Positions 61,414 through 63,092 of a DNA stretch of 63,092 nucleotides are shown here, piece after piece (position 1 is the stretch's first letter; every line of letters begins with the position of its first letter). The stretch lies in assembly GCA_022813965.1 (NCBI GenBank), contig JALDZS010000143.1, positions 1-63,092 of the forward strand. The letters are read 5' to 3'. The notes below the pieces were generated by a model. The model was not told the DNA's origin, made no database searches, and saw only the letters and a program-made list of their open reading frames with translations. The translations under genes were made by a program, and so were the position numbers. This DNA comes from Toensbergia leucococca. Its lineage: Eukaryota.

Positions 61414-62336
61414 ATGCAATTCGTAATGCTTCTCTTCGTCGCTGGCTCTTTCGCTGTCGCAGCCGTTGCCCAAACCTCTAGCAAAATCGGTTTCACGCAA
61501 GTCCCAAATGAAGTCACTGCAGGCAATTCGACCCTTCTGAAATGGTCCGGTGGCGACTCTGGCTCTGTAAGCTCTTGTATGCGCCTGCTTCTCAAGATTC
61601 CTACTTTACTGACTGCATACTGCAGTATGTAACTATCACACTGCAGCAAGGTGATCCTGATAATCTTCAGACTGTTTCAATCCTCACAGGTACGTCGATG
61701 ACTACGCCATTCTCCTATGTATTGGACTGGAAGCTTATTTTACTCTCTTTTTCAGGTGATGCAACCGGCAACAATTACACTTGGACACCATCAACCTCAC
61801 TTGCCAACGCTGATGATTACGCGCTCAAAATCTCTCAAGGTGTTGATGTTGTCAATTACTCTGGAGAGTTCAGTTTGACAGGCGGCAGTAGCTCCTCATC
61901 CGTGTCCTCATTCTCCATCTCCTCGTCCTCTGCCACTTCGCTTGGTATAGGGGCTCCATCTGTATCTGCCAGCTCCAGTCTCTCGTCTTTCAACGGCACT
62001 GTTTCTTCAAGCATGTCAAGCTCCAATGTCTCTACGCCAACTACAACCGTCTTGGGCGGAGCTGGTAGCTCCATCGGCACGGGTATTCCGATGACTCGCA
62101 ACGTCACAATGGTCTCGGCCACTCTCATTAACTCTAGTTCCCAAAGCACCGCAGCCAGTAATGTTACGTCCATGAGCATCAAGTCAAGTGTCTTGACAAA
62201 AACATCTGGTGAATCTTCCGCATCGGGTACAGCTGGAATCTCATCGACTCCTGGCCCTAAATCAATTGCTGCTAGTCTCGCAAGCCCAATAGCCTTTGTA
62301 CTTTGCGCCTTCGCTGCGATCGCTTACTTGAGTTAG
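61414..62336 (+). CDS. GPI-anchored Ser/Thr-rich cell-wall protein (Kre9/Knh1-like N-terminal Ig-like domain)
   Basis: Signal peptide; VTAG...LKWSGG / VTITLQQG / YTWTPSTSL..DYALKISQG..NYSGEFSL; Ser-rich stalk; hydrophobic C-terminal GPI signal; two introns. Confidence 0.88.
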
Positions 62337-63092
62337 AGAAATGCATGTCTGATTTATTTGCATATACTTGCGCAAGAGTGGAAAAGTTCACTCGTGTTGT
62401 TTCTTTGACAAAGTCAAGTCAGCAACATTCAAGCTAGGGTGAAATCTAGTGCATAGAACAATAAATACTGTGATGAGTGACACAACTAGCGTTCAGAGTG
62501 AGGTGAAATAGCAGCCTGATTCCTGACATACTGACATTTGTTTGCTATAAATACTTTCACTAAGCTTTGTATTGAAGTGCTTTCATTGATTCAATGACCT
62601 CGTTCTGTGTACAGCAATAACAACGACAACAACATCACTCATCTCAAGCATTCTTAGTTGTGATTTAAATCAATTGTCTTTCAATAATCAATGCTGTGAG
62701 TGATTGGAATCTGTGATGAGAGAAGTCATCATATCATAGTCATAGTAGTCTTCTTCAATTAATTTAAAATGTATATTAATCAAGATCACACAGATCATGC
62801 TGTTAGAAAAGCAGAGTGCAGTAAATCTTTCATCTCTCAATCTTCATTGTTAGGTACAAGATGAAAAGTGTGAATTTATATCAATACAGGACTGAAATGA
62901 AACACCTTTTGAGTAGAATTCTTCACAGATATCAGTGCTTATGATATGTGCTGCTAAGCGCTGAATGCTTAATTCCTAATCTCTCATGGAGGACAATAGG
63001 TAGTCAGGGCATGAGCTAGCAATGCCGGACCGGTCTTGTCAAGATAGGTAGAATCCCTCTCTGTCATAATGCATCACGACTCAAGTCTGAGA

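Noticed and set aside
3559..62336. Stop-codon readthrough (TGA CTA) or premature stops needing A-to-I editing
   Set aside because: The stops I checked lack the TGA-CTA context, and the ORF breaks I traced in conserved genes are explained by introns.
1..63092. CRISPR array, prophage or bacterial defence system; the many antisense ORFs in the track
   Set aside because: The sequence is eukaryotic with no repeat-spacer array, and the antisense/overlapping ORFs are shadows of the real genes.

Overview
Eukaryotic, intron-containing DNA from a filamentous ascomycete (Pezizomycotina-type GT..CTRAC..YAG introns, RIP-like mutated repeats). Bases 1-~3550 are an AT-rich, CpG-free block of dead transposons: an LTR-like remnant, a Fot1/pogo DDE transposase relic, and a short poly(A) retro-insert with a 12-bp TSD. 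Bases ~3560-62340 are gene-dense, with about 19 mostly housekeeping genes: SPC2, EMC3, an MscS/EF-hand channel, RPF2, MMS19, GRX4, TPC1, a conserved hypothetical, CDC55, YEA4, DNM1, ABP1, a giant F-box/Zn-finger protein, AMD1, RAD17, a KH-like + CYTH/TTM-like hypothetical, She3-like, NOP12, DEP1 and a GPI-anchored Ser/Thr-rich protein. Two intact long-TIR MITE/foldback elements and one decayed relative lie in intergenic space. The last ~700 bp become CpG-depleted again. The best leads are: the uncharacterised KH-like/Cet1-like (triphosphate tunnel) protein, a recurrent intergenic TACGGAGTA motif, several long introns with nested hairpins, and RIP-like mutation leaking into the 3' end of SPC2. 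I saw no tRNA, rRNA or CRISPR features. All family assignments are by motif recognition, not database search.
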